Shown: in pieces, positions 10,080 to 19,070 of the stretch
How positions within the stretch are numbered: position 1 is the stretch's first letter
Layout of the letters: each line of letters opens with the position of its first letter
Source of the DNA: Dehalococcoidia bacterium
Lineage (GTDB): Bacteria > Chloroflexota > Dehalococcoidia > Lucifugimonadales > VXLM01
DNA: 64,000 nt
Assembly (NCBI GenBank): GCA_963662435.1
Contig: OY759598.1
Coordinates: 2,760,507 to 2,824,506 of the forward strand
Reading direction: 5' to 3'
Position numbers and translations under genes: made by a program
The notes under the pieces: generated by a model
Told to the model about the DNA's origin: nothing
Database searches by the model: none
The model's input: only the letters and a program-made list of their open reading frames with translations

Positions 10080-13000
10080 CTAAGAATCGTCCTCGCACAC
10101 ATGCAGCCCGAGATCGACGAGGTCGCTGTCTGCGACGGCCCCCAGCCCCGCCGGCACGCACCCGGTAAGTTGGTTCCCGGCAAGCCTCCACTGAATTAGG
10201 CTCTCGTTACTCAACTCACCCAGGTCTTCCGGTATCTGTCCTGTCAGCTCGTTGTCGCTCAGCCACAGCCCCTTCAAGGAGGTCAGCCTCCCCAGCGAGG
10301 ACGGGATCGGCCCGCTCAGACCATTCCTATGGAGCCATAGCCATTGCAGGCTGCTCAGATCACCCAACTCGGGCGGAATATCGCCCGTCAATTCGTTGCC
10401 GTGCAGTCTCAGCCACCTCAGATTAGTCAGGCTGCCAAGCTCGGCCGGAATGGGACCGCTCAATTGGTTGTCTCGCAGGTTCAGGTCCCAAAGGTTGGTG
10501 AGCTGACCCAGCTCCTCAGGGATCCCGCCGACCAGCCCGTTGCTGTGAAGCCACAGGTACCGCAGACTGCTCATATCTCCCAGATCGGCCGGAATCTCCC
10601 CACCCAGCTGGTTTGCGTGGAGGTACAGGTATGTCAGGTTGGTCATCTCACCGAACCACGTCGGGATGCCACCGGTCAGGTTGTTGCTCTGCAGCTTCAG
10701 TCGAACAAGGCCGGTCATGCCGCTCAGGTCGGGTATCGGTCCACTGAACTCATTGCCCTCTAGCAACAATTCAGTAACACTCGTCATCGTGCCAAGCCAT
10801 GCCGGTACTCCCCCGGTCAAGTCGTTGTTGGAGAGGTTGATCTCCTCAACGCCGCTCAACCCGCTAAGGTCGGGTATCGGCCCCGATAGCCGGTTATCGG
10901 AGAGCACCAGCCACCGCAGTTTGCTCAGGTCGCCCAACTCCGCCGGTATCTCGCCGCTGAACTCATTACTATAGAGGTACAGCAGGCGCAGGTTGGCGAG
11001 GCTGCCCAATTCCGATGGAATCTCACCGCTCAAACGGTTGCCGGAGAGGGAGAGCCACTGCAAGTTGCTCAAGTCGCCCAACTCAGCCGGAATCTCCCCG
11101 CTCAACTGATTGTTATGCAGGTGAAGAGTGGTCAAGTTGGTGAGGTTTCCCAGTGCTGCCGGTATCTCTCCGCTCAACTCGTTACCGTAAAGGTAGAGGG
11201 CTTGTCTCATGCTGGAGAGGTCCCCAAGCGTTGCCGGAATCTCTCCGCTTAACTCGTTCTCGGAAAGATTCAGCCAGTCCAGGTTGGCCAGTTTGCCCAG
11301 CGCCGCCGGAATCTCCCCGTTCAACCGGTTGCCGGAGAGGTCCAATGAGAACAGATTGGCAAGATTGCCCAGCGCCGCCGGTATCTCTCCACCCAGCTCG
11401 TTGTCAGAGAGGTACAGTGATTGCAGATTGGCGAGGCTCCCAAGCTCGGCCGGTATCTCCCCGCTCAAGCGGTTATCCAAGAGACCTAGCTGTTCCAGGT
11501 CTGTGAGGTTACCCAGTTCCGCCGGTATCTCCCCACTCAACTGGTTGCCGGAGAGCCATAGCGACGATAGTCTCGTGAATTCGCCCAGTTCCGCCGGTAT
11601 CTCCCCGCTCAATTGGTTGCGGGAGAGATCAAGCCTAGTTAGGCCATTGGGTTGCATCGGCTCTGTTGGTATCATCCCGGTTAGTTTGTTGTCGGAAAGA
11701 TCCAACTCTCGGTGGGAGAGTTCGCCTAGGCTCGCCGGTATCGCACCGCTCAATTGGTTGCCATGAAGGTACAGCCACACGAGGTTGAGCTCACTCAGTG
11801 ATGCTGGAATCTCCCCGCTCAAATAGTTGTAGGAGAGATCCAGCCGCCACAGGTTGGTGAGACTACCCAACTCCGGGGGAATTTTCCCCCTCAATTGGTT
11901 ACTGGATAGGTTCAGGCTTTGCAGTTTGGCGAGATCGCCCAGTGCCGCCGGTATCTTACCGCTCAACCTGTTACGGTCGAGGTATAGCGAAGTGACGCGT
12001 CCACCAGCGTCAGTAGCGACACCGTGCCATTCGCCGAGGGGGGCATCGCTCAGCCAGTTGGTGTTGTTCGTCCAGTTCGGGCCGTCCGTGGCGTTGTAGA
12101 TCGCGACCAGAGCACCATGGGAGTCCTCGCAGGTAAGATACAGTTCTCGCAGTTTGGGAAGGTTTTCCACCTCTGCCGGAATCTCCTCGCCCAACTCGTT
12201 GCAGGAGAGGTCCAGAAAAGTCAGGTTGATGAGGTTGCCTAGCGCCGACGGCACATTTCCGCTCAACCGGTTACTGGATAGGTTCAGCTCCGTCAAACTG
12301 GTGAGGTTTCCCAGCACCGTCGGTATCTCACCGCTCAACCCGTTGCTGGATAAATTCAGCGTAGTGAGCCTGTTGAAGTTTCCCAGCGCCGATGGAATCT
12401 CCCCACTCAACCCGTTGCCTGAGAGGTCCAGCCGACCTAGGTTGGAGAGGTCGCCCAGGGTCGACGGAATCTCTCCGCTTAACTCGTTGCTGAAGAGTCT
12501 CAATGTCCACAGGTTGGTGAGGTCGCCCAATTCCTTGGGTATCTCCCCGCTCAGCCGGTTGCCGGAGAGGTCCAGCCAGCTCAGGCTGGCGAGACTGCCC
12601 AACTCAGGTGGTATCGCCCCACTCAACTCGTTGTCGGAGAGGGAAAGCCCATCCAAGCTGACGAGACTGCCCAACTCTGGTGGTATTGCCCCGCTCAACT
12701 CGTTGTCGGTGAGGGAAAGTCCATCCAGGCTGACGAGACTGCCCAACTCGGGTGGTATCGCCCCGCTCAACTGGTTGTCGGAGAGCCTCAGGTCTTTCAG
12801 CTTGGAGAGCCTGCCAAGTTCCGCCGGTATCTCACCGATCAACTCGTTACCGTAGAGGCTCATTTCTTCCAGGCTGGAAAGCCCGCCGAGTTCCTCAGGA
12901 ATCTCCCCACTAAGCTTGTTCCGGTAGAGGCTCAATTCTTCCAGACTGGAGAGCCTGCCTAGCGCCGCCGGTATCTCCCCACTAAGCTCATTGCCATGTA

Positions 13001-14288
13001 GGGACAGCCATTCAAGGTTGGTGAGGTCGCCTAACTCCCCAGGAATCTTACCGCTCAACGCGTTATCGGAAAGGCCCAGAAACTGCAAGTTGGTGAGGTT
13101 GCCCAACTCCGCGGGAATCTCCCCGCTCAATCGGGGGTTGGAGGCGAGATTAAGAATATACAGATCGGAGAGATCTCCCAGCACCTCCGGTATTTCCCCA
13201 CTTAACTCATTATTGAAAAAGCTCAGCGCCTGCAAATTGGCCAGATCGCCTAACTCCTCCGGTATCTCCCCACTCAACCGGTTGTCGGAGAGGACCAGCA
13301 ACTGCAGGTTGGTGAGGTAGCCCAGCGCCGGCGGTATCTCCCCGCTCAGCTCGTTGTCCGATAGCGACAGTTCAATGACGTGGCCGTCGTCGTCGGTGGA
13401 GACGCCGTGCCAATCGCCAAGGGGCGCTTCGGTGAGCCAGTTTGCGCTATTCGTCCAGTTCGGCCCGTCCGTGGCGTTGTAGAGCGCGACCAGAACCCCC
13501 CGGGAGTCGCCGCAGGAGAGGTAATAGAATTCTCGCAGCTTGGGGAGGTTTCCCAATGCCGCCGGCACCTCCTCGCTCAACTCGTTGCAGGAGAGATCAA
13601 GCCGCTCTAGGTTGGAGAGGTTTCCCAGTGCCGCCGGTATTTTCCCACTCAACTGGTTGTAAGATAGGTCCAGCCACTGCAAATTGGTGAGATTCCCCAA
13701 CTCCGCCGGGATCTCCCCACTCAACTCGTTACCGGAGATGTCCAGCCGCGTCAGGCTGGAGAGATCCCCCAGCGCCGCCGGTATCTCCCCACTCAACTCA
13801 TTGTCATGTAGATCAGTCCACTGTAAGTTAGTCAGATCGCCTAGGGTTGCCGGTATCTTTCCGCTCAACTCGTTGTCGGAAATGATCAGCCACTGCAAGT
13901 TGGTCAGGTCGCCTAACTCCTCCGGTATCTCACCGCTCAACTCGTTATAGAAAAGGCCCAGACCCTGTAAGTTGGAGAGGTTTCCCAATTCCGCCGGTAT
14001 CTCACCGCTCAACCGATGGTGGTAGAGCAAAATTTGAGTAACACGACCGCTGTCGTCGGTGTCGACGCCGAACCAATCGTCGAGGGGCGCGTCGGTGAGC
14101 CAGTTGGTGTTGCTCACCCAGTTCGGGCCGTCCGTGGCGTTGTAGAGGGCGACCAGTGCCGCCCGGTCGGAGTCCGCGGAGGATGTTTGGGCACCGGCCG
14201 TTGTCTGTCCCAACAGGACTGCAAATGACAAGACGGCTAAACAGAGGACGATAGTGAGGCTGCCCCATAAACGAACAATCGATTTCAC
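10080..14288 (-). CDS. Secreted plant-type leucine-rich repeat protein (1402 aa, three N-caps)
   Basis: Signal peptide; more than 40 24-aa LxxLxLxxNxLSGEIPxxLG repeats; three ALVA(L/I)YNATDGPNW...W.GV caps; C-cap LTGCVP. Confidence 0.95.
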   Translation of the reverse strand: MKSIVRLWGSLTIVLCLAVLSFAVLLGQTTAGAQTSSADSDRAALVALYNATDGPNWVSNTNWLTDAPLDDWFGVDTDDSGRVTQILLYHHRLSGEIPAELGNLSNLQGLGLFYNELSGEIPEELGDLTNLQWLIISDNELSGKIPATLGDLTNLQWTDLHDNELSGEIPAALGDLSSLTRLDISGNELSGEIPAELGNLTNLQWLDLSYNQLSGKIPAALGNLSNLERLDLSCNELSEEVPAALGNLPKLREFYYLSCGDSRGVLVALYNATDGPNWTNSANWLTEAPLGDWHGVSTDDDGHVIELSLSDNELSGEIPPALGYLTNLQLLVLSDNRLSGEIPEELGDLANLQALSFFNNELSGEIPEVLGDLSDLYILNLASNPRLSGEIPAELGNLTNLQFLGLSDNALSGKIPGELGDLTNLEWLSLHGNELSGEIPAALGRLSSLEELSLYRNKLSGEIPEELGGLSSLEEMSLYGNELIGEIPAELGRLSKLKDLRLSDNQLSGAIPPELGSLVSLDGLSLTDNELSGAIPPELGSLVSLDGLSLSDNELSGAIPPELGSLASLSWLDLSGNRLSGEIPKELGDLTNLWTLRLFSNELSGEIPSTLGDLSNLGRLDLSGNGLSGEIPSALGNFNRLTTLNLSSNGLSGEIPTVLGNLTSLTELNLSSNRLSGNVPSALGNLINLTFLDLSCNELGEEIPAEVENLPKLRELYLTCEDSHGALVAIYNATDGPNWTNNTNWLSDAPLGEWHGVATDAGGRVTSLYLDRNRLSGKIPAALGDLAKLQSLNLSSNQLRGKIPPELGSLTNLWRLDLSYNYLSGEIPASLSELNLVWLYLHGNQLSGAIPASLGELSHRELDLSDNKLTGMIPTEPMQPNGLTRLDLSRNQLSGEIPAELGEFTRLSSLWLSGNQLSGEIPAELGNLTDLEQLGLLDNRLSGEIPAELGSLANLQSLYLSDNELGGEIPAALGNLANLFSLDLSGNRLNGEIPAALGKLANLDWLNLSENELSGEIPATLGDLSSMRQALYLYGNELSGEIPAALGNLTNLTTLHLHNNQLSGEIPAELGDLSNLQWLSLSGNRLSGEIPSELGSLANLRLLYLYSNEFSGEIPAELGDLSKLRWLVLSDNRLSGPIPDLSGLSGVEEINLSNNDLTGGVPAWLGTMTSVTELLLEGNEFSGPIPDLSGMTGLVRLKLQSNNLTGGIPTWFGEMTNLTYLYLHANQLGGEIPADLGDMSSLRYLWLHSNGLVGGIPEELGQLTNLWDLNLRDNQLSGPIPAELGSLTNLRWLRLHGNELTGDIPPELGDLSSLQWLWLHRNGLSGPIPSSLGRLTSLKGLWLSDNELTGQIPEDLGELSNESLIQWRLAGNQLTGCVPAGLGAVADSDLVDLGLHVCEDDS

Positions 14289-14351
14289 TATTCGTTCCTA
14301 ACGTCCTCGCCCGCTCGTAGCATTGAAGAGCGCGCGAGGAGGCCGAGGCGT

Positions 14352-14915
14352 CTACTTGGTGGAGGAGGGGGGCTTTTCCTGCCGACCGAGGTCGTCGAGG
14401 TTCAGGGTCTCTATGAAATCGGTGAATGCCGAGAGGCTCCGGAGCTCCTCTTCCCGCAGGGGTCGCGGCTCGTCGGTCTTGGGACCCGATGGCAAGATGG
14501 CCTTGCCCGTCTCTTCGTCCATCTCGACGCCCGCCTTGTGGACCACCTCATCCACGGCGTAGATCGGCGCTTCGGCCCGGACCGCGAGGGCGATCGCGTC
14601 GCTGGGACGCGAGTCGATTTCCATGGTGCCACCGCTCACCTGAAGAATGATCTTGGCGTAGAACGTGTCGTTGGAAAGATCGGACACGATGATATGGTCG
14701 ACGGTCGCCCCAAGGGTGGCGATGACGGAGTTCAGCAGGTCGTGCGTCATGGGGCGGGCCGAACTGTATTCCTGGAGCCGCATGGCAATCGCGTCGGCCT
14801 CGGAAGGACCGATCCAGATCGGCAGATAGCGGTTGGACTCCTTGACGCGGAGGATCACCACGCGCTGGTAGTTGAGGAGACTCACCCGGATGCTCTCTAT
14901 ATTCATTTCCAGCAT
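14352..14915 (-). CDS. Bifunctional nuclease family protein (DUF151)
   Basis: LPIWIGPSEA, RPMTHDL, FYAKI, IDSRPSDAIALA. Confidence 0.92.
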   Translation of the reverse strand: MLEMNIESIRVSLLNYQRVVILRVKESNRYLPIWIGPSEADAIAMRLQEYSSARPMTHDLLNSVIATLGATVDHIIVSDLSNDTFYAKIILQVSGGTMEIDSRPSDAIALAVRAEAPIYAVDEVVHKAGVEMDEETGKAILPSGPKTDEPRPLREEELRSLSAFTDFIETLNLDDLGRQEKPPSSTK

Positions 14916-14943
14916 TGCGCGCCTCCCTACCCAACTTGGCCCC

Positions 14944-14973
14944 ATTGTAAAGCCCCGTTATTTCCAGTGTCAA
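14944..14973 (-). promoter_or_regulatory. Sigma70-type promoter of the DUF151 gene
   Basis: Minus strand TTGACA-N18-TACAAT, about 30 nt upstream of the ATG. Confidence 0.6.
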
Positions 14974-15144
14974 CGAAGGGTCTGCTCCGCTTTCCCCTCG
15001 TTCAGACGCCACCTCCAATGCGATTCCAAGCATATAGCGATCCCGCTTCTGCGTTCCCAAAGAATGGGTCGAATCGTTCGGGCGAATGGGGGTCTCCAGG
15101 CTCGTTGCGGCGGTATTGCGCTGTTGATAAGATTGAGAATAGAC

Positions 15145-15170
15145 GCAACCGTTATCCGCAAGGGAACGTT
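15145..15170 (+). promoter_or_regulatory. ECF-type promoter upstream of the SigK-like gene
   Basis: GCAACC-N16-CGTT, matching the AAC/CGT ECF consensus. Confidence 0.45.
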
Positions 15171-15228
15171 ATAACGGGAGACCCTGTCCCGTTGATTTTC
15201 TACCGCTTGTCCACCTGAAAGGCACCCC

Positions 15229-15909
15229 ATGGCTTCGGACGAACGAAAACCGCAAGGCGACTCTCCTACGTATAGTAATTTGAAGGGGAGTTCAGAGGAC
15301 TCGTCGGTCCTGACTTCAAAAAGCGGAGCCGAAGCAGAGTTGGACGATGAGAAACTGCTCCACCTCATAGCGAACGGAGACCGTAACGCACTGGAGGTGC
15401 TGTACGACCGTTACGGCGGCGGAATCTACTCGCTCGCGCATAGCATGTTGAGGGAGCAGGGCGCCGCCGAAGAGGTCACTCAAGACACGTTCTTCAACAT
15501 ATGGCTCAGGGCTTCGAGCTACAGGCCGAAGAGAGGCAAAGTGTCGGCCTGGCTCTTCTCGATTGGGCACCATCGAATCATCGATGAGTTGCGTAAGCGC
15601 AGGCGACAGGAGTCGATGATCTACGTGCCGGACGTCGAGGCCGTCCACCGACAGGTGGACGAATCGGCCGACCCGAATGACTACGCCGACCGGCGGTTGA
15701 AGGGAAAGCGACTCAAAAGGGCGCTGGATACCCTGAGACCGGAATTGAAGTCGGTGCTCGTGCTGGCATATTACGGCGGGCTTACCCAATCGGAGATAGC
15801 GAGAAAGCTGAATCAACCATTGGGAACCGTAAAGACACGGACGAGACTGGCGCTCAAGGCACTGCGGGAGAAGCTGGGACCGCAGGCACGCAAGTGGTTG
15901 GATGGCTGA
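15229..15909 (+). CDS. ECF RNA polymerase sigma factor (SigK-like)
   Basis: LYDRY, AEEVTQDTF, WLFSIGHHRIID, LAYYGGLTQSEIA...PLGTVKTR. Confidence 0.9.
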   Translation: MASDERKPQGDSPTYSNLKGSSEDSSVLTSKSGAEAELDDEKLLHLIANGDRNALEVLYDRYGGGIYSLAHSMLREQGAAEEVTQDTFFNIWLRASSYRPKRGKVSAWLFSIGHHRIIDELRKRRRQESMIYVPDVEAVHRQVDESADPNDYADRRLKGKRLKRALDTLRPELKSVLVLAYYGGLTQSEIARKLNQPLGTVKTRTRLALKALREKLGPQARKWLDG

Positions 15910-16754
15910 TGATTGACTGCAGCAAAATAGAGCAGATGCTCCCCGCATTCACGCTGGGATCGCTTGCAGAGTCGGAGACATCCGTCTTCACCTCTCATAT
16001 AGACTCTTGCGCGTCATGCGCGGCCAAGGTGCGGGAATCCGGCGACACGCTGGTCGACCTGGCCAGATTCGTCCCGCAGAAGCGACCGCCTGAACGCATA
16101 AAGAAGCGACTCTTCACGCGCATCGACCGGGCGAACCTGCGGGAGGCCGCACCCTACCGACCGTGGATCGAACTGGCGCGTTCCCTTGTGCGCCATGTGA
16201 CCCTCTCTCCGGGCACGTCTCTGGCCGTGGCATTTCTCGTAGCTGCCGTAGTCGTCGGTTTCTGGTCTAGCCGGAACCTTCAGGATCTCCAGATTCTTCG
16301 CAGCGACATCGAACACCGGATGGAGAGCGTGGCTCAGCAGGAGACCGAACTCCGGGAGGGCCTTGAACAACAGCACAAGCTTTTTGAGACGATCGCCGCC
16401 GACCCCAATGTGACGGTCAAGCGACTCTCCGCCAACATACCGACGGTTCCCGTACCCGGGGAAGACCCTCCCAGCGCCGTGATTGTCCTCTCGGCGAAGG
16501 AGAACACGGCCACGATTGCCGCGATGCACCTGCCCCAACTGCCCCCTGACCAGGCATACCACGTCTGGCTCATCAAGGAGGGCGGCTTGGAGATCAGGAC
16601 GGCCACGCTGGCTGTCGACTCTGGCGGCTCAGCTCATACCGAAATTGCCCTTAACGCGCCTCTGGAAGAGTTTCGGGCAATTCTCATCACGATCGATGAT
16701 GCAAATGCAGGCCCCGGCAACCTCGGAGACAGCGCTCTGCAGGGAGATTTGTAG
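15909..16754 (+). CDS. Anti-sigma factor, RskA-like (ZAS motif, TM, extracytoplasmic domain)
   Basis: HIDSCASC ZAS motif, one TM, LPQLPPDQAYHVWLI; start overlaps the sigma stop (TGATG). Confidence 0.85.
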   Translation: MIDCSKIEQMLPAFTLGSLAESETSVFTSHIDSCASCAAKVRESGDTLVDLARFVPQKRPPERIKKRLFTRIDRANLREAAPYRPWIELARSLVRHVTLSPGTSLAVAFLVAAVVVGFWSSRNLQDLQILRSDIEHRMESVAQQETELREGLEQQHKLFETIAADPNVTVKRLSANIPTVPVPGEDPPSAVIVLSAKENTATIAAMHLPQLPPDQAYHVWLIKEGGLEIRTATLAVDSGGSAHTEIALNAPLEEFRAILITIDDANAGPGNLGDSALQGDL

Positions 16755-16883
16755 AGTTCCCAAACCTGTCGTAGAATACGCAGATAGAGTCTACCCTTAC
16801 GCCTTCGCTTGTGGTAGGCTATTCGCCGTGGGAGCAAACGCTTCCTCTGAGCGAATCTGTTCATCACAGGAGGAATAGACGAT

Positions 16884-18020
16884 ATGAAGTCTAGGATAAT
16901 CGCCTTACTTGCCCTGTTTTCGCTCCTTCTAGCGCTTCCGGTCGGCACTGGGTTGGCCCAGAGCGAGTTTGAAGGCACGGCGGTGATTTCGGATGATACG
17001 GCGCTGAGTGACGCGATCACATACAGCATGACAAATGTTCCCGCACCTTCCAGCGGCACCGAGTTGGTGGGCTGGCTTCTCTCTGATGACAAGGAGACCA
17101 AGCTGAGCACCGGCCCGATGGAATGGTCCGCCGGTACAATCTCCCATACATTCAACAGCGATTCACCGCGTCACACGGGCGAAAACCTAATCCGAGCCTA
17201 TAGCCTCCTTGTGATTACCGAAGAGACTGCAGGAGCAGATCCCGACGAGCCGGCCGGGCCCCCGGTATACCACCAGCAGTTGCCCGCCGCAGCGTTGGCC
17301 CAAATCAGGAATCTCCTTGCTGACTTCCCGGAGGGAAGCGGAGCCGGGATCCTGACCAACCTCAAGGAGCAGTTGGAGCTTGCCCGCAACGAGGCAAACA
17401 CCGGCGTTCTGGAGGCCACGGCAGATGGAGCCAAGGCACGAGCGCAGCGAGTGTTGGACATCCTGGATGGTGCACAGGGTAACCTCGATGACACTCAACA
17501 GATTACGTTCGCCAGAGAGGCCGCGCCGGACTATGAGCCGGTCAACGACAGCGGCGCACTGGCGGAAGTCACCGCCGCCAACACCGTTGGCTTCGTGGAA
17601 CTCGCTCGCGAGAGGATCGGCTCGCTCGTTCTTACTTCAGCTAATCACGGCGATGCCACCAGGCACATGGCCAACGTCGCGGGCCTGATGCTCAACGCTC
17701 TGAGCGGTCTCGATGCCAACGGAAACGGTGTGATGGAGTCAGTCGAGGGTGAGGCCGGACTGGACGCGACGTATCAGCATGTGCAGCAAATGGCTACCTA
17801 CCAGATACTCGTAGGTGGGCCGCCTACGCCAACCCCGACGCCGACACCCACGCCGCCGCCAACCCCGACGCCGGAGCCAACTCCGACGCCGGAGCCTCCG
17901 CCTACGGGTGACACGAGCGTTCCTGCACTGACACAGCTTGCGCTGCTACTCGGTGGTGTGCTACTCATCGGTGGAGCCTTCATCTTCGTTGCAACCCGCA
18001 AGGAAGAGGGTCAAGCCTAG
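16884..18020 (+). CDS. Secreted surface protein with PT-rich linker and PPTGD-TM-basic C-terminal sorting-like signal
   Basis: AGGAGG RBS, signal peptide, PTPTP linker, PPTGD followed by a hydrophobic helix and RK. Confidence 0.75.
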   Translation: MKSRIIALLALFSLLLALPVGTGLAQSEFEGTAVISDDTALSDAITYSMTNVPAPSSGTELVGWLLSDDKETKLSTGPMEWSAGTISHTFNSDSPRHTGENLIRAYSLLVITEETAGADPDEPAGPPVYHQQLPAAALAQIRNLLADFPEGSGAGILTNLKEQLELARNEANTGVLEATADGAKARAQRVLDILDGAQGNLDDTQQITFAREAAPDYEPVNDSGALAEVTAANTVGFVELARERIGSLVLTSANHGDATRHMANVAGLMLNALSGLDANGNGVMESVEGEAGLDATYQHVQQMATYQILVGGPPTPTPTPTPTPPPTPTPEPTPTPEPPPTGDTSVPALTQLALLLGGVLLIGGAFIFVATRKEEGQA

Positions 18021-18050
18021 CTATTAGCCAACCGCAAAACTTGCTAGCCA

Positions 18051-18083
18051 AAGGCCCCGTCGCTCAAGCAGTGACGGGGCCTT
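18051..18083 (+). terminator. Terminator-like hairpin
   Basis: AAGGCCCCGTC...GACGGGGCCTT inverted repeat 30 nt after the stop. Confidence 0.65.
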
Positions 18084-18132
18084 GATGTATAACTGGAAGC
18101 GTAGGCATTCGTTCTAGTAAGAGATTCGGCGA

Positions 18133-18285
18133 ATGAAAATGAATAACGGTCCCTTGGGCCTAATCATCTTGGCGGACCCTAAAGAAGCGGTTGAGTGCGA
18201 CATCTGTGGCGCGAGCATGATCGGAGTCCACTGTAAGCTGCGCTGTCCCTCGTGTGGATTCACCAGGGACTGTTCCGATCCGTAG
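18133..18285 (+). CDS. Small zinc-finger protein, 50 aa (CPxCG-related, HVO_2523-like); absent from the ORF track
   Basis: MKMNNGPLGLIILADPKEAVECDICGASMIGVHCKLRCPSCGFTRDCSDP; two CxxCG knuckles; stop 4 nt before the next ATG. Confidence 0.75.
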   Translation: MKMNNGPLGLIILADPKEAVECDICGASMIGVHCKLRCPSCGFTRDCSDP

Positions 18286-18289
18286 GCCT

Positions 18290-19018
18290 ATGTCCATCGT
18301 CCAATCTCAACTCACGCTGCTGATAGCGTTCGCGTTCTTCTTCGTGGCCTGCGGCACAGGTCCGGCCGAACCCACCCCTGTCCCTACGCCGACTCCGCTC
18401 CCCCCAGACCCACAGGAAGTCCTCGAACGCGCTGGACGTACGATGGGGGCGCTCAACACCTTCAACTTCCGCTTGTACCATGACGTCGGCAGCCTCGAAA
18501 TCCTTGATGGACTGCTGATCGACCGGGTCAGCGGCAAGGTCGTGAATCCCGACAGGCTGTCGATGGAGTTTGTCGGCAGCTTCGGTGGAGGATACTCCAT
18601 CAAGTCGGAGGTCATCACCGTGGGCGATCAGACCTATATGACGAACCCGCTCACAGGCAATTGGGAGGCTTCCGACGCGAGCATCAGTCCCGTGGGCTTC
18701 TTCAGTCCCACGCAGGGTATTGGGGAGATGTTGTCCCTGACGCAGGACGCCTCCTTCATTGATGCCGATTCCGAGGAAGGGACATACCGTATTCGAGGAG
18801 ACCTGCCTACCACCGCCCTGTCGCCGCTAGTCGGGAATACCCTGACCGACAGAACCGTGGACATCGAGCTGAAGATCGACTCGGAGACAGACTACCTGCT
18901 CGAGGTACGCTTTAGGGGCGCTGTCACGCCGTCGGACGTCGAGGATGCCGAAAGGGTAATCATCCTCTCCTTCTTCAACGAAGATGTTGTCATCGAACCA
19001 CCGGAAGAGTCCTCGTGA
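18290..19018 (+). CDS. LppX/LprAFG-family lipoprotein
   Basis: Lipobox FVAC, PT linker, beta-rich domain (NPDRL, VITVGDQTYMTNPLTGNW, SFFNEDVVIEPP). Confidence 0.75.
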   Translation: MSIVQSQLTLLIAFAFFFVACGTGPAEPTPVPTPTPLPPDPQEVLERAGRTMGALNTFNFRLYHDVGSLEILDGLLIDRVSGKVVNPDRLSMEFVGSFGGGYSIKSEVITVGDQTYMTNPLTGNWEASDASISPVGFFSPTQGIGEMLSLTQDASFIDADSEEGTYRIRGDLPTTALSPLVGNTLTDRTVDIELKIDSETDYLLEVRFRGAVTPSDVEDAERVIILSFFNEDVVIEPPEESS

Positions 19019-19070
19019 CGAGGGGACGCTCTTCGCCTGATTCTCTTCGCTCAAGAACGAGTCCGCTCGC

